Assembly (NCBI GenBank): GCA_951406725.2
Contig: OX597814.1
Location: 33,046,001-33,110,000 of the forward strand
Length of the DNA: 64,000 nucleotides
Origin: Octopus vulgaris
Taxonomy: Eukaryota
Direction of reading: 5' to 3'
Positions 33,225-46,309 of the stretch are shown in pieces (the stretch's first letter is position 1; the number at the start of each line of letters is the position of its first letter). Made by a program: the position numbers and the translations under genes. Under the pieces are notes generated by a model. It was not told where the DNA came from, ran no database searches, and saw only the letters and a program-made list of their open reading frames with translations.

Positions 33225-33428
33225 ATCCAAACATGAAAGCACAAAGAGAAAAACACAACAATGCGAGGTCGTGGAACAAGTATAGTGTCATTGGATGCTG
33301 AGGAAAGGAAAGAAAGAAGGAGGATTTAACGTTTCAAGCGGAGCTCTTCGTCAGTAACATAGAAAAAGGAAAGGTCCAAGGAAGGGAAGCCGGAGAAAGA
33401 AAATCGCCAACGATACACACGCGGTCAT
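33221..33428 (-). mobile_element. Short PLE terminal-repeat-type element with minimal hammerhead motif (copy 1; copy 2 at 46633-46848)
   Basis: About 210-bp repeat flanked by (TA)n at both sites. Minus strand 33357-33325 reads tta-CTGACGA-a-gagc-tcc-gctt-GAAA-cg-TT-aaa. Confidence 0.7.
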
Positions 33429-34675
33429 ATATATATATACTTATATATATATATATATAACTTTGTCTATTAGAAAAAATGTACATCTTATTCAAAGACA
33501 ATAATTCTTTGAATCAAAGAAGCGAGCTAATGAACTTATGTAGGCACGCGGCTAAATTTAAAATGTCGAATATAAATATACCATATGGATAGGGTATATA
33601 TTTTGTATTTTTGATCTTTGAAATTTTGATTTTGACTCTTGAACGATGAGCGCTACAATGGATTTTGTTTTCCAAGCTATGCGGATCTTAATCCGTATAG
33701 CAAAGTCTTATGTTTCTACATATACATCAGAAAAAACCTTCGACCCTGTTTTCAGGTTACTGTATTGTATAGGATTACCTTGATTATTTATATTACCTTG
33801 ATTATTTATAAATGATCCAAAATAGGGTGTTATTTTATTTTATATGTCTTTCGTATATATTTTTATTAATGCACCCATTCTTTTAAAAAAAAGCAATGTT
33901 TTTTTCAAAAAAGCAATGTTGTCAAAATTAAAATGTTGATGTAAGTATGTGTATAGCCGAGGATATGTATTTGTAAGCATGCGTATCTGTGTATGTGTAA
34001 GTGAGAGTATGTTTGTGCTTAAGCACACATATACACGACTGTATGTATGTATCCATACGAACTTTGTATACTTGTCTCCATATATGCCAATAACGCCGTT
34101 ACACAGATTATATACATAATTTTTTCTTATTTCGTTTTTTTCCCCACCCCTCCTTCGTTCCTTTTTCTCTCTCTTCCTTTCTTTCGTTCCCCCCCTTACT
34201 CAGTATATGAGAATCGCTACATACATGATTTTTAACTTGCGTGCGAGATGGTTTTGCGTGTATATATGTACACATGCATTTATGTGTATATTTAGATTTA
34301 TATTCATACGTCTGTATATGTATGGCGTTGGCGCGCATCCTTTTTGTGTATGTTGATATATATATGCACATTTTAATAAAAAATATGTATTGCAGTGTAA
34401 TATTTATAACAGGTTTAATTCCTATGAATTAATTTATACTTTCTTCATTTATGTCAATATGTATTTTATTCAATGTAAGGTTTTTTCCTCGGATTTTATA
34501 ATTTTTATAAGCTTTTTTATATATATATACATATATTTTTGACCTTTTTGTTTATCGCTCGAAGATTGACCGTTTTTTTCTAAAGGGCCAATCAAACAAG
34601 TCCATTTCTTTTTAAAGGTGTAGCGTTTGTAAGAGTCTAGATTGAATTGATATATCGGTTCCATTCTAACAAAAA

Positions 34676-34713
34676 CTGTCTGATGAACGGCAACGAGAAA
34701 CTCAGAGTAACAG
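34676..34713 (+). ncRNA. Minimal type I hammerhead ribozyme motif
   Basis: ctgt-CTGATGA-a-cg-gcaa-cg-a-GAAA-ctc-a-gag-TA-acag. Stem I is 4 bp, stem II is GNRA-capped with an A.A mismatch at its base, stem III is palindromic, and the cleavage triplet is GUA. Lies 30 bp upstream of a (TA)n tract. Confidence 0.7.
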
Positions 34714-34745
34714 ATTTTGTTGAATTTTCTGCTGCTTAAAATAAA

Positions 34746-34808
<63 letters not shown>

Positions 34809-34825
34809 CATAATTACAAAGGTAG

Positions 34826-36318
34826 TTAGACAGGAGAGCTACGAAGAAGGAGAGATAATAAAGAACTAGTGATCCCAAAGCAAAGGTGCGCGGGCCTGTG
34901 TGTATGTGAGTGTGTGTGTGCGCGCGTGGATAGGGGCAGGAGACTTTGACGTGTAAATGTGTGCGTCTGTAATGTGTGACTGTTCGATGATGGTGTGGGT
35001 GCTGGGAAGTGGGGAGGACTAGTGTGTGAGAGATGATGTGGTGTGGTGTGTGTTCGGAGTGAGGATGTTGGGGTTAGGTGTGGGGTATGTGGGAGTGGTA
35101 TGTTTCTGGTGTTGACGGAGGGGGGCATCAAGGCATGGAGAGGTGGGTAGGAGTGAAGGGAGGAAATAGATGTCAATAGAAGAGAGGAGGGAAGCTGACC
35201 CCATGTGGCGCAAAGGGGCGAAGAGAGAAGTTTTATTCCTATTCACGTTGAATGCGTGAGTCCGAATAGCCCATGTGGAAAGACTTTCCGATCACAGACA
35301 GGGGTGGCATTGCCGAGTCCAACGTCTGGAAGGTGCTCCGCAAACCAGTCAGCCAAGACAGAAATAACAGGAGATGCAATAAATAACGTTGCTAGAAGCG
35401 CAGGTAAAGGGGTCAGTAATACGATAGGGACCATGATGGGTGCCTGTGAGGATGGTGGTGTTGGAGAAGTAGGGGCAAGTGCAGCAGCATGGGCGGGGGC
35501 AGGGGAACGAACCAGGTTGGAAGATGGGGTTGGAGAATAAAATGAGGACCAGGAGGTCACGTTGATTGTGAGCTCGTTTAAAGGAAGGTTAGAGTAGGTG
35601 TGCGAAGTAGAGGGTTTGGACTGGAGTCACCAGAAGGCTCGGAGAATTGAGCGTTGGAGGGGCAGGGTGGAGAGAAAACGGAAGGCGGGCAACGGCGGGG
35701 CGGGTGTCGGAAGAGAGAACAGAGGCACAGTCAACGGAAGTACTCTAGCAAGGGCGGTGTGGATAGTGGTGAAGGAATATCTACGAAGGCTGAAGTGGTG
35801 AGCCATGAGTTGAGACTGAGTCTCAAAGTCATGGTTGTCACTGCAGAGCCTGTGCAGATGGAGGAACTGGGAATAGGGAATAGAGAGCTTGGTGTGGATA
35901 GAGTGAGAGAAGAATTTGAGGTATGAGCGTGAGTCGGTTTGTTTGTAGTGGATGGAGGTAGTGAGAGCGGATTTGTATATGTTGACCGAAATGTCGAGAA
36001 AGGCGACGGAAGTGTTGGAAATGGTGCAGGAGAATTCGAGGGCAGGATGGAAGGATTGGGAAAACAGAGAGGAAGGAGTCTAATTGTTTGCGGGAGAGTG
36101 ACGTCGCACCTATATAGTCATCAATATAATGAACGTATAGTTCGGGAGTGGGACCAGTGAATCTTGGACCTCAACGTAGCCAACGAACAGATTCGCATGG
36201 CTGAGGCCCATTCTCGTTCCCATAGCAACTCCCGAGGTTGTCGGTAAAACTCCACCACGAACAAGAAGCAGTTAAGGGAGATAATAAGTTCGGCCAGACG
36301 AAGAAGTGTGGACGTTTT
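34826..36318 (-). mobile_element. 5'-truncated, decayed Penelope-like retroelement: RT + Cys-rich linker + GIY-YIG remnant + 3' UTR
   Basis: GVAMGTRMGLSHANLFVGYVE, YIDDYIG, FHPALEFSCTISNTSVAFLDISV, IHYKQTDS, SIPYSQFLHLHRLCS, then PGSFPCPRPCCCTCP...FTCASSNVIYCISC and LADWFAEHL. The YIG motif is lost to a deletion; frameshifts present. Confidence 0.9.
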
Positions 36319-36789
36319 AAATTACATTAAATTATATTAAATTATATTGCAGTGGTAGAACTAAAGAATGCTACAAGTTCAAGTCGTCCACAATATCATT
36401 CGCATATGAACTAAAGTAATCACTGCACGTGGCATGAATAAGAATAACTAGCATTGTATGTGTCACTGTCATTTTTGTCTTTCTTTTTGACAGCAGACGA
36501 TCACCAATGATTAAATAAAATAATCACTGGCGAAATCTTCAACAAGTATCTTTTGTCAGTTTAGCTTCTATAAAATATTAAAACAATTTATATGAAATTT
36601 TCTCTCATATTGAATTCTCTTTGAATCAAATCCTTCGAAGTATTTTTAATAAATATCTAATTATTACTATTATAACAGTTTTTATCAGATATATGAAATG
36701 TATATTATAAAGACGCTCTGATATATCTAGAGCTTATCATTTTTAGAATACACTTACTGTTGAAGACACGGGTATACAAATATATGTAT

Positions 36790-37795
36790 ATATACTTCAA
36801 ATTTACAGGAAAACAAAAGACGTAGAGAGGTGTAGGAACAACAAGCAAGTGTATTACTTTGACGCTCGGGAAAACTCGAAATGTATTTTACGTTTCGAGA
36901 CTACGTGCTTTGAGAGAAAGGAATAAGAGGAAATAAACAGAGAGAATGAAAAAAAATGTGGTGATCATTGGGGAAAAAATGAGGTTGAATGAAAGAGAGA
37001 TAATAGTAAAGAGAGGTTGAATGAAAGGGAGATAATATTGGTGGTAGTGAACCCAACAAGCTAAGGGGCGCAAGCGTGTATGTATATGCGAGAATGGTGT
37101 GTGTGAGTGGGGCGAGTGAGTTAGACGTGCGTGTATGTGTCTGTGTTTGTGTGTGTGTGCGCGTGTGTAGCGTATGTGTGTGTGTTTTGTATAGCAGTTG
37201 ATGTGTGATTTTTCACGTGGTCTGTGCACATGTGTATGTGTGTGTATGTGTTTCTGTGGCCAAATAGTGTGGATGTGCATAGTGTATATATGTGGTCAAA
37301 GTTATGCTTCTCTATGTGTGTTACGTGTGTATAGGCGTGTAGCGTGTGTGTGTGCATGTGTGTACGTTGTCTGTGTTCAGGTGCTTGTGCGGGTGTGAGA
37401 GTGTGCATGATGGTGTGTGGTATGTGTACTAAGTTAATGTGTATGGCTGCTCGTATAGTGGTATGTGTGGTGACGCTACTGAAGATGTGAGTGGATGAGT
37501 AGATGATGGTGTGTGGTGAGGGTACTGAGAAGTGGTCAATGCTAGTGTGTGTGGAGTGGGAAGGTGTTGTGTGTGTGTGTGACGGTGTGTGAAGTATTAA
37601 TGAGTTGAACAATGTGTATGGGATTGTATAGTGGTTTGTAGGTGGAGGGGGACAGTTGAATGTGGGAAGTGAGTGGGAATATGTGTGGGTAAATGTCAAA
37701 TGAAGAGAGGAGGTGAGGTTGGTATCAGATGAAGAGAGGAGGTGAGTTGAGCCCATGTGACGCAAAGGAACGTAGACAGAAGATTTAATTGGTTT
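36790..37795 (-). mobile_element. 3' end of a related Penelope-like element (ORF end, CA-rich UTR, terminal repeat with eroded hammerhead)
   Basis: 37730-37790 aligns with 35180-35236 (cccatgtg.cgcaaagg..cg.aga.agaag, ORF end FxPHGLN). The terminal part keeps ctcGAAAcgTAaaa on the minus strand. A related terminus occurs on + at about 45815-45915. Confidence 0.7.
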
Positions 37796-38050
37796 TATGG
37801 TGAGCTGTATTTTTAAAAAAATCTCTTTAGACTGAAGAATTACTGAATACTTGTCGATTACATATTTGTATGCTTTACAAGAGAGGTGGCAGTGACTTTG
37901 AAGTTTCATCCAATTAGCTATTGACGGATTGTCCAGCAGTCCAAGAAATGGTAAAAGTCAGAAACTTCGATGTCACTGACTCTCCTCTTGTAATATTATT
38001 ACATATATGTGTGTATGCACACATACACACACACACACACATACACACAA

Positions 38051-38082
<32 letters not shown>

Positions 38083-38616
38083 ACACACAACAAAGTGTGT
38101 TTCTTGGCAGGTACAAAACAACAGAAATCACGACTAAGCTTCTCACCCGAAATTACTGGCCTTGAGCTAAAATTTGAAGTGAATATTATGAATAAAATTA
38201 ATAACTATAGCATTAGATGTGCACATGTGTGTATGCGTGTGCGCTTGTGCGCCTTTATACAGGATAAAACGCTCTTCATGACACGTGTTGTAGTGTAGAG
38301 AAGAGTGAAGTTGAAAATGTTCCTGTAGTCTTTAATAACATTTATTTTCGCTTACTAAACCGGTTTCACAATTCTACGATTTTCAAAATAAGTATTTTAA
38401 AGACTTGAGGTGCGTTTCCAAATTCATATACCCACTATTGATACTTCCTTCTTATTCTTTAGATTTAAAAATGTTTTCCCAGTATTTGCTGTATCTCACA
38501 TCATATATTTATCTTTCATTTAATAATACTAGGTCGATTACTATGTACCTTCCATTACATCCCAAATATAAGCTGATGAGAGTTTGATAATACATTCAGA
38601 TCTACAAAAGAATAAC

Positions 38617-39056
38617 TTCTTTTATCTTTTATATGTTTCAGTCAGTAGACTGTGGACATGCTGAGCCATCGCTTTGAAGGCTTTTCAATCGAACGAATCA
38701 GCACAAATCCTTTTTCAAAAGCTTGGATCTTATTCTATCACTCTCTTGCCGAACCGCTAGTTTACGGGGGCGTAAACAATCCAATACCGGTTGCCGAGCG
38801 GTGGTGGCGGACAAACACAGACACAAAGACACACAAACGCACGCACACATACTTACATATACACAAACATACGTGTGCGCGCATACACACATATATATGC
38901 AACGGGCTTCCTTCACTTTCTGTCGACCAAATGTAATTACAAGGCCTTGGTCGGCTCGAAGCTGTAGTAGAAGACACTTACTCAAGGTGTTATGCAGTGG
39001 AACTGAACCCGGAACCATATTGTTGAGAAGCAAACTTCTTACCACACAGCCATGCC
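38617..39056 (-). mobile_element. SINE family A, reverse orientation
   Basis: Reverse complement of ggctgtgtggtaagaagtttgct...ggttccgggttcagttccactgc...gcggttcggcaagagag.gatagaataag. Confidence 0.85.
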
Positions 39057-40776
39057 TGAACCTATTACATTTCTAAATTATACTTATAACTCTTATTGAC
39101 CTTTTCGTTACCTCCCATTTCATAGCTATGCGAAGGGTATTTTTTACTTCCCATTTCATACATTATGAGAAGGGTTATTTGAAGAAACTTAATTTTCAGT
39201 AAATTACACTTCAAACGAAATAAGATATTTTTATTTCTTTCATATCTCTCATTGCAGATAAAATGCAGACCCTAGAAATAAAAAGACACGCAGATATCCT
39301 TAACACATGCGCAGAGCATAGCGTTTAGAAATTCCCAACTTCGTTTTGTACTGAGTGTTCGGATGGAATTTTTTGTGGGCAATTTTTAAGTGTATCAAAA
39401 GGAAAAAAATATATTCTAAACATTCACACACTATAAGGACTGCGGTTCATCCAACAGATTTAAAACATTATCAATAATGATCCCGGGAAATCAATGGGAT
39501 CATTACCAAAGAATGTCTGATGTCGTAGTGGACTATCAGAACTGGAATACAAAAGGATATTTGATACAAGTCTTATGTACTAAGAACACAGGCACATTTT
39601 TTTTTTACCCTTGTCAAGCTGTTAAAATCCCTCAAGGACATAAGCTTAGATTCTTCTCTGATGAGGACGCCTAATCGAGAACGTGCACAAATGTTTATTA
39701 AAAGGCATTCGGTTTTTGTTAGATTATAATTGTTTTTAGTAAATTGCCAAATATGTTCTCCAATACCTCCTACAACCAGTATTTATTAAAACCACCCAAT
39801 TACATGTAGAATACAGTTATTACAACTTGAATTCCTTTTCGGCCATTTTAGCAACCTGTTGGGAGCATACAATTAAATTACAATTCGTTAAAAGATCATT
39901 AAAACCTAAATTACTTTTGTATATCAACGCCAAAATTTTACTATTGATCTCTATCATTATCATTATTCAAACATATAAACATGGATAAACTCTCCTAATT
40001 ACAATCTTTCAAATTGTTAATGGGCCCATCCAGAAAATATCTTACACCATAGTCCGGTACATCCTAAAAGCAATTTACAATCCATTATTTTACAAATTAC
40101 TGCTATAGTTAAGTAATTATAACGTATTCCACATGATATGGTTTGTATAACATTTTTACATACCCATCGGGAATGTGAAATTCCCTTTCCTTTTTTTAAC
40201 TCTCCTATAATTGTTCCTATGTTGTTTAACCAGATGCATTACACAATATTTTGTTTCGTTTTATAACTGAATAACTTAAGGACTTACTCAGGTAACATTC
40301 GAGCAATTAACCTCTTCCAGATAAGATATCATTATTTCATAAATCTTTCTATCAGCATAGATACATTAATGCATGCATAATGAACTGCTCCTTATACATT
40401 CTCAATTAATTTTTAATGAATCTCCGTAATCTATATACACGAATAGTAACTTAGCAATATTTTATACATTTTGGCAATTGTTATTTTATATTCTTAGAAA
40501 ATGATTATATACTTAGACAACTATTATCTTCCGGTTACTTTACGTTTATGTTCGTCCAAACTAATATGTTAGTGGTAAATTTTGATTAACTTCATGCTGG
40601 ATATAAATCAGTTCGTTAAAACGTTTATTCCTTTAATAATGATTTATTTCTTACTTCTATTTCAGCTGTATAGAGTCATTAATTTTCTCTGGTTCCTACC
40701 TGTAACATAGCGAAATTCATACTTGAGTAATTTATACTTAATATACTCAGTTATTACACTTCCTTGAAACACAGCT

Positions 40777-41283
40777 GTGATTAACTATTACCACGGTTGC
40801 AGTTAGCCGGCAGGCTGGATAAAAATTCCTTATTAGTAGTATTAGTTCAAAATAGCATTCTGTATTACATATTTAATGCAGATATACTGTAAATTACGAT
40901 ATTAATTTCGAGAAATATACCCGTATGCCGTCTAACTGCTACACCAGTGGTTTCTCAATCACTGCTTTTCGATTTCTATCTTGTTAAAATTTTTCTTAGC
41001 ATACGTCTGCTTGTGGGTGCTTGCGACTGATGAGGCTCAGGGAAGCAGATATGTGTATGTAGTAATCTCTTTTCTTCACTGTTAGACATTCTGCATTTGC
41101 AATTAATATATTTCAGTTTTTGAACGTCAATTCAGAATGCTTTCTCAAGACGGATACCGCAGCTTTCTGGCTTTTAACGATATATCTGCATTAAATATAT
41201 GGGATGTTACTTTGAATGAATACTGTTTGATTCAGCAGAAAGGGGTTTCTATCCAGCCTGCCGATTTGTGATTTGTTAATCAC
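40777..41283. mobile_element. MITE/foldback-like element with long imperfect terminal inverted repeats
   Basis: Nested inverted matches: gtgattaac 40777-85 / 41275-83; cggcaggctggata 40808-21 / 41250-63; atatttaatgcagatata 40869-86 / 41181-98; ccgtct/agacgg further inside. Confidence 0.65.
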
Positions 41284-42597
41284 TGCTTTTCTATACCAGT
41301 GTAAGCATCATTGCCCTTAGCACTCAGTTGCCAGTGGATGTTTCATACTGATGATGATCAAAGAAGCAAAAATGTGTATTTAGCCATTCCATCACCACTA
41401 CGATACACCGCTCGTCTGCTACGGATAGATATCAGTGTCTTTTTATCACTACACGCCGACACGACAGGCTTTCTCCAGACGAATTCCGCAGTTTCCAGGT
41501 TTTTGGCAGGTAAGTTTACGATGCAGAATGCTACATATATGTATATATATGTGCATAATTCTTTCTCTTGCACTTGTTTAGTCAGGTTTTGAAGGATTTT
41601 AGTTGAACAAAACTACCCTAGTTTTTTTGTTTTTTTAACCGGATACATATTCTGTCGCCCATATTTTGCAAAACCTCGATGTTAAGCGGTCATCAACAAA
41701 CGAAACCCAGTTCTCAAGCAGTGGGAACAAACAGAATCACAAAGTTGCGCATACACAAACGTGTATATACACACATATATACACAGTTACGCGCATATAA
41801 ACATATACGCACTCACCCACACATATATATCCACGCAGAACTTCTATGCACGTGTGTCTGTGTATATGTTTGTGCGTGTGTATACTTGTATCTATGAAAG
41901 AACGGATGTGTATATGTATATGTGTTTTTCTGTGAATATCTATGTGAATGCGTTCCTACGTCAAATCAAAATGGTATCTAGGAATGATATTCTAATTTTC
42001 CTTTTTAAACTATTTTTCTCCCTTTACTATTACATTTCCATTTTTCCACGGCCATTTTCTCTCTGTCTACAACGAGAACTAATCTTTAACAGCCAAGATC
42101 TGTTAAATAACAGTCACTAAAAAAAATATACAGCTCTGCGATGCTAAACATATCTGTAGCCGTTCACTTCTAAATTGATGTTCTTCCGGCGGCATAAATC
42201 GAATATTCTCTATGTTTTTAGATTAAATTCGACTGAAAGCTGTTTTATTAAACCATTGTGCAAGGCCGAATAAAAACACAAACTTAATCAAACGTTCGAA
42301 AACAAACATCGATATACACCGCCTCCTCCTCCTTCTTCGGTTTTACTATCCTTCTTTTTATTCTCGTTTTCTTCTTTTTCTTATCCCTTTTTGTTCTCCT
42401 ATATTTGTCTTCCTTCTCATTCTTTTCATTCATCAACACTCACTTCTTTTTTCTAATCTTGTTGTTCCTCTACCTCTTCCTTTCTTTCCCCTTCTCTTCT
42501 TGTTCCCCTTCCTTTACTTTTCGTCTTCTTTTTTTTTGTTTCGTCTTCTTTCTCTCCTTCCCCTTCTAAATTTCTTCTTCTTCTTCTTCTTCTTCTT

Positions 42598-42628
<31 letters not shown>

Positions 42629-42841
42629 TTCTTCTCCTCCTCCTCCTCCTCCCTTTTCTTCTGTTCTTTCTGCTTCACCTTAATAAACTCCTACCTTGCT
42701 TCGTATTCACCTTCTACCTCCAACCTCTTTTTCTCTTCCTCCTTCTCATTCTTCTCATCATCCGTTTTACATTTGTTTCACAATATTCTTGTTATCAAAT
42801 TAACTATTTGCTTTACTAAATTCTTCTTCACTTAACCACTT

Positions 42842-42908
<67 letters not shown>

Positions 42909-43755
42909 CACACACAGACACACAAACAAACAAACACGCATATAAACAGACAGAGATACATACAGGATGTGTTTGCACAAGTATGTGCGTGCAAGGAGCC
43001 ACTGTACATAGCTGAGTGGCTAAGGTAGTGGACTAGCACCACGAAGAATGCTGGTTCGATTCCCTTCAGTGGTTCATCGCTCTATAACCATTAAACTATA
43101 AATAAATAACAAGAAGACTGCAGAGAGTTGTTGTCATTTTGTTAGTTCTGTATAAGCAGACCCATGATTAGAATTATTCAAGCCGTGACGACCCAGACTT
43201 TTTCATATTTTGGCTTTTTTCGCATTACAATTACATTATTAAAGATGTAATTTCTTTATGTGGTTCTAAGGTGTAATTTGAGGTAGATTTGGCTGCTAAT
43301 TCTAGCAGGTGGAGATGAAAATTAACGCTCAATTCTTTGTGGCAGAGTACATGTAAATTTTTATGGAGGTAATTGCTAACGGTGCCTCCGAAGTTTCATC
43401 TTGCTCGCCGTCATAAGGTTGCGAGTCTCTTTGGTTCCTTCTGTCTTTAAAAAGGTTTTGCAGGTTGTTCGTATTGTAGGTAGAGCAATGTGAATGAGAA
43501 TTGGGTGTGGTATAAATAGACAGGAGAAGTGGTTGTGTTGGAAAGGGAATGAAAAAGCATAGGAGGAAAATATTTGCTTGTAGAATGCAGATTGAAAAAT
43601 ACATGATATCGTGGAAGTAGTGATTTTGGTTCGATAATTGAATTGTTTAGAGTTCAGTAAGACGGGAAAGTAAAGATATGCAATACTCAGTCACGATTTA
43701 TGTTGATTAAAGTTTTCCTTCTGACTAATCAAGAGTGTCTGTATATAAAAGGAAC

Positions 43756-44149
43756 AGCTGTGTTGTAAGTAGCTTGCTTACCAACCACATGGTTCCGGGT
43801 TCAGTCCCAATGGACCTTGGGCAAGTGTCTTCAACTATAGCCTCGGTCCGACCAAAGCCTTGTGAGTGGATTTGGTAGACGGAAACTGAAAGAAGCCCGT
43901 CTTATATATGTATATATATGTATGTGTGTGTGTTTATGTGTTAGTGTTTGTCCCCCCCCCCAACATCGCTTGACAACCAATGCTGGTGTGTTTACGTCCT
44001 CGTAACTTAGCGGTTCGGCAAAAGAGACCGATAGAATAAGTACTAGGCTTACAAAGAATACGTCCTGGGGGTCGACTTCTTCGACTAAAGTCGGTGCTCA
44101 AGCATGGCCACAGTTAAATGGCTGAAACAAGTAAAAGAGTAAAAGAGTA
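43756..44149 (+). mobile_element. SINE family A (near full length)
   Basis: Colinear with 5750-6144, including the B box and the gtaaaagagtaaaagagt tail. Confidence 0.9.
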
Positions 44150-44637
44150 TATAAACATATAACAACGTGCATGAATCAATGAATAGAAGAACATCCATAC
44201 ACGTAGATACATATGTGCTTGTATGTAGTCAAAATCCTAGCTTCACACCAATGCATATATACAACCATATGTGCAGTATAGTACAATGACCGCCGGTAAC
44301 CACACATTTCTCCTGACTCTTTACTATTCTTTTTACTTGTGGAGAGAAATTCTTTCCAAAATATTATACGATCGTTAAACAACTCATGTATGGTAATAAA
44401 ATATTTTTTCTTTTTCTTTTTATTGAATGACTACCTGTCGTATTCTACCTGTTTTATCTGCGTTGCTCAGAGTATTTTCGAAGGTTTATTTCATTTACTC
44501 ATTGCAATACTTCAGACAAATTACACATGCCTTCACTCATATACATATACATACACACAGATACACACACATATGCATATATATTGTAAAACGCTTGGCA
44601 ACCGTGGTATTAGTCTCATATACATACATATATACAT

Positions 44638-44719
<82 letters not shown>

Positions 44720-44722
<3 letters not shown>

Positions 44723-44873
44723 AAATTAAGAGGAATGGCCACTAAAGGTGTCCACTTTAGAGGTCATTCCTCTTAATTTTGTATGTAACACAATTTTTAA
44801 TCTTCAGATTTTTAAATATGCTAAGCCACTGGTGTTAATTGATTAATATCAATTTCTAACCTTATTATTTAAT

Positions 44874-44880
<7 letters not shown>
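44720..44880 (+). mobile_element. Short element in (TA)n: 28-bp-arm hairpin followed by a shared tail block
   Basis: acaaaattaagaggaatggccactaaag-gtgtcca-ctttagaggtcattcctcttaattttgt (44720-44782), then cagattttt..atgctaagccactggtgttaattgattaatatcaatttctaacc. A reverse-complement tail fragment lies at 44946-44988. Confidence 0.7.
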
Positions 44881-44936
<56 letters not shown>

Positions 44937-45523
44937 TATATATATATATGAAAATAATAAGGGTAGAAATTGATATTAATCAATTAACATACAGAAACAT
45001 ACATACATACATACTTATACACACACGTTCATATACATACACGGCAGTATATTTACATAAATATATACATCTGTACATAGACGCATGCATAAATATATCC
45101 AAGTATACAACCTGCACATACGTATTTTTCTCTACTCTTCTTATTTAGTCCACTGAGTCTTGATGAAAAGATTGGAGGGGAAAGACCATGGCGTGACTAT
45201 ATTTTCTCTCTGCTACAGCCATTGTCATTTCAAACACAAGTCCCGATAGCCCTGAGGGAAAAAATCGCTATCAGATCATAAATGAAGAACACAGTCTGTG
45301 CCCATGGGAATACATAACACTAAATTTTGCCAGCAAGTAATTAATAATTTTTTACACAGTACAATGTTATATTAATTAGAGCTGTTTTATATATTATATA
45401 TATATATATAGTAGTAACAGATAAGAGGAATTTCGATTATCACCACGGGGTGAGTTGTGATGTATATAGGAAATTAAAAAAGTAAAATACGCACACTTAC
45501 ATAGTTTTAATATAATTTTCAAT

Positions 45524-45558
45524 ATATCGACCGGTTTCGCTATCGCTATTCATGATAT
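45524..45558 (-). ncRNA. Minimal type I hammerhead motif with A3:U8 core variant
   Basis: Minus strand atatc-ATGAATA-gc-gata-gc-GAAA-ccgg-TC-gatat: perfect 5-bp stem I, 2-bp stem II, palindromic CCGG stem III, GUC triplet. Confidence 0.7.
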
Positions 45559-46309
45559 TATGTTTTACTTATTTGAATATATATTTTTTCTGAAGAACAA
45601 AATTGGTCCATGTCTTGTGTGATGAAATTCACGAGTGAATGACTTCATAGGTAGATAAATAAAGGGAGGTAATTGGTTGTCGTTATTATTGTTATTGTTG
45701 TGGGTAAGAGAGATAACTGTTCAGTTTTCGGTAATGGGAAGGGAATATATATGTGTACAGACAGAGACAAGTTTCAAAAACCTTGTTTGGTGAGGGGATT
45801 TATGTACAGTGATGTTAAAGACTTTTTCACTTCCCGAGTATTAAACTAATACGTCTGTCAGTTGTCTACACCACCTGTCTTCGTCTTTTGTTGTTGTTTT
45901 TGTGAATTCTCCCTATATATATATACATGATGTATATATAATAGATAATTGAATATGTAAATATATATATACACATACACCCACACACACACATGCGTAA
46001 ATATCAAACGATGAAAATGGGTGTCCAACACCGCGTTAGTAGATAGAATTTCTTTATTTGTGTATTAAGGATACTATTTGTTTCATGTTTAGAAAAATAA
46101 AAAAGTATCTTAATAACTTAACAATGTTTTTTAGCGATCGTATGAAGGAATGGTGTTCGTCTCCATTTTGGATAAAAACAAAATCTGCTCATATATATAA
46201 GTATATATATGCAATATATAATATATATGCATGGTGTATAATATATATGCATGGTGTATAATATATATATTTATTGCTCTGTGTGTATATATATATTATA
46301 TATATTATA

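Noticed and set aside
39657-39695. CTGATGAgga...tcgagaacgtgcac
   Set aside because: GAAA box and stem I are not intact; at best a dead remnant.
39740-40300. Possible Penelope thumb-domain remnants (TTSIY.KP-like; similar text near 31290)
   Set aside because: Too degenerate to support by eye; motifs need several frameshifts.
43005-43070. tRNA-like sequence (tagctgagtggctaagg...ggttcgattccc)
   Set aside because: A and B boxes are present but there is no closing acceptor stem; more likely a SINE head fragment than a tRNA gene.
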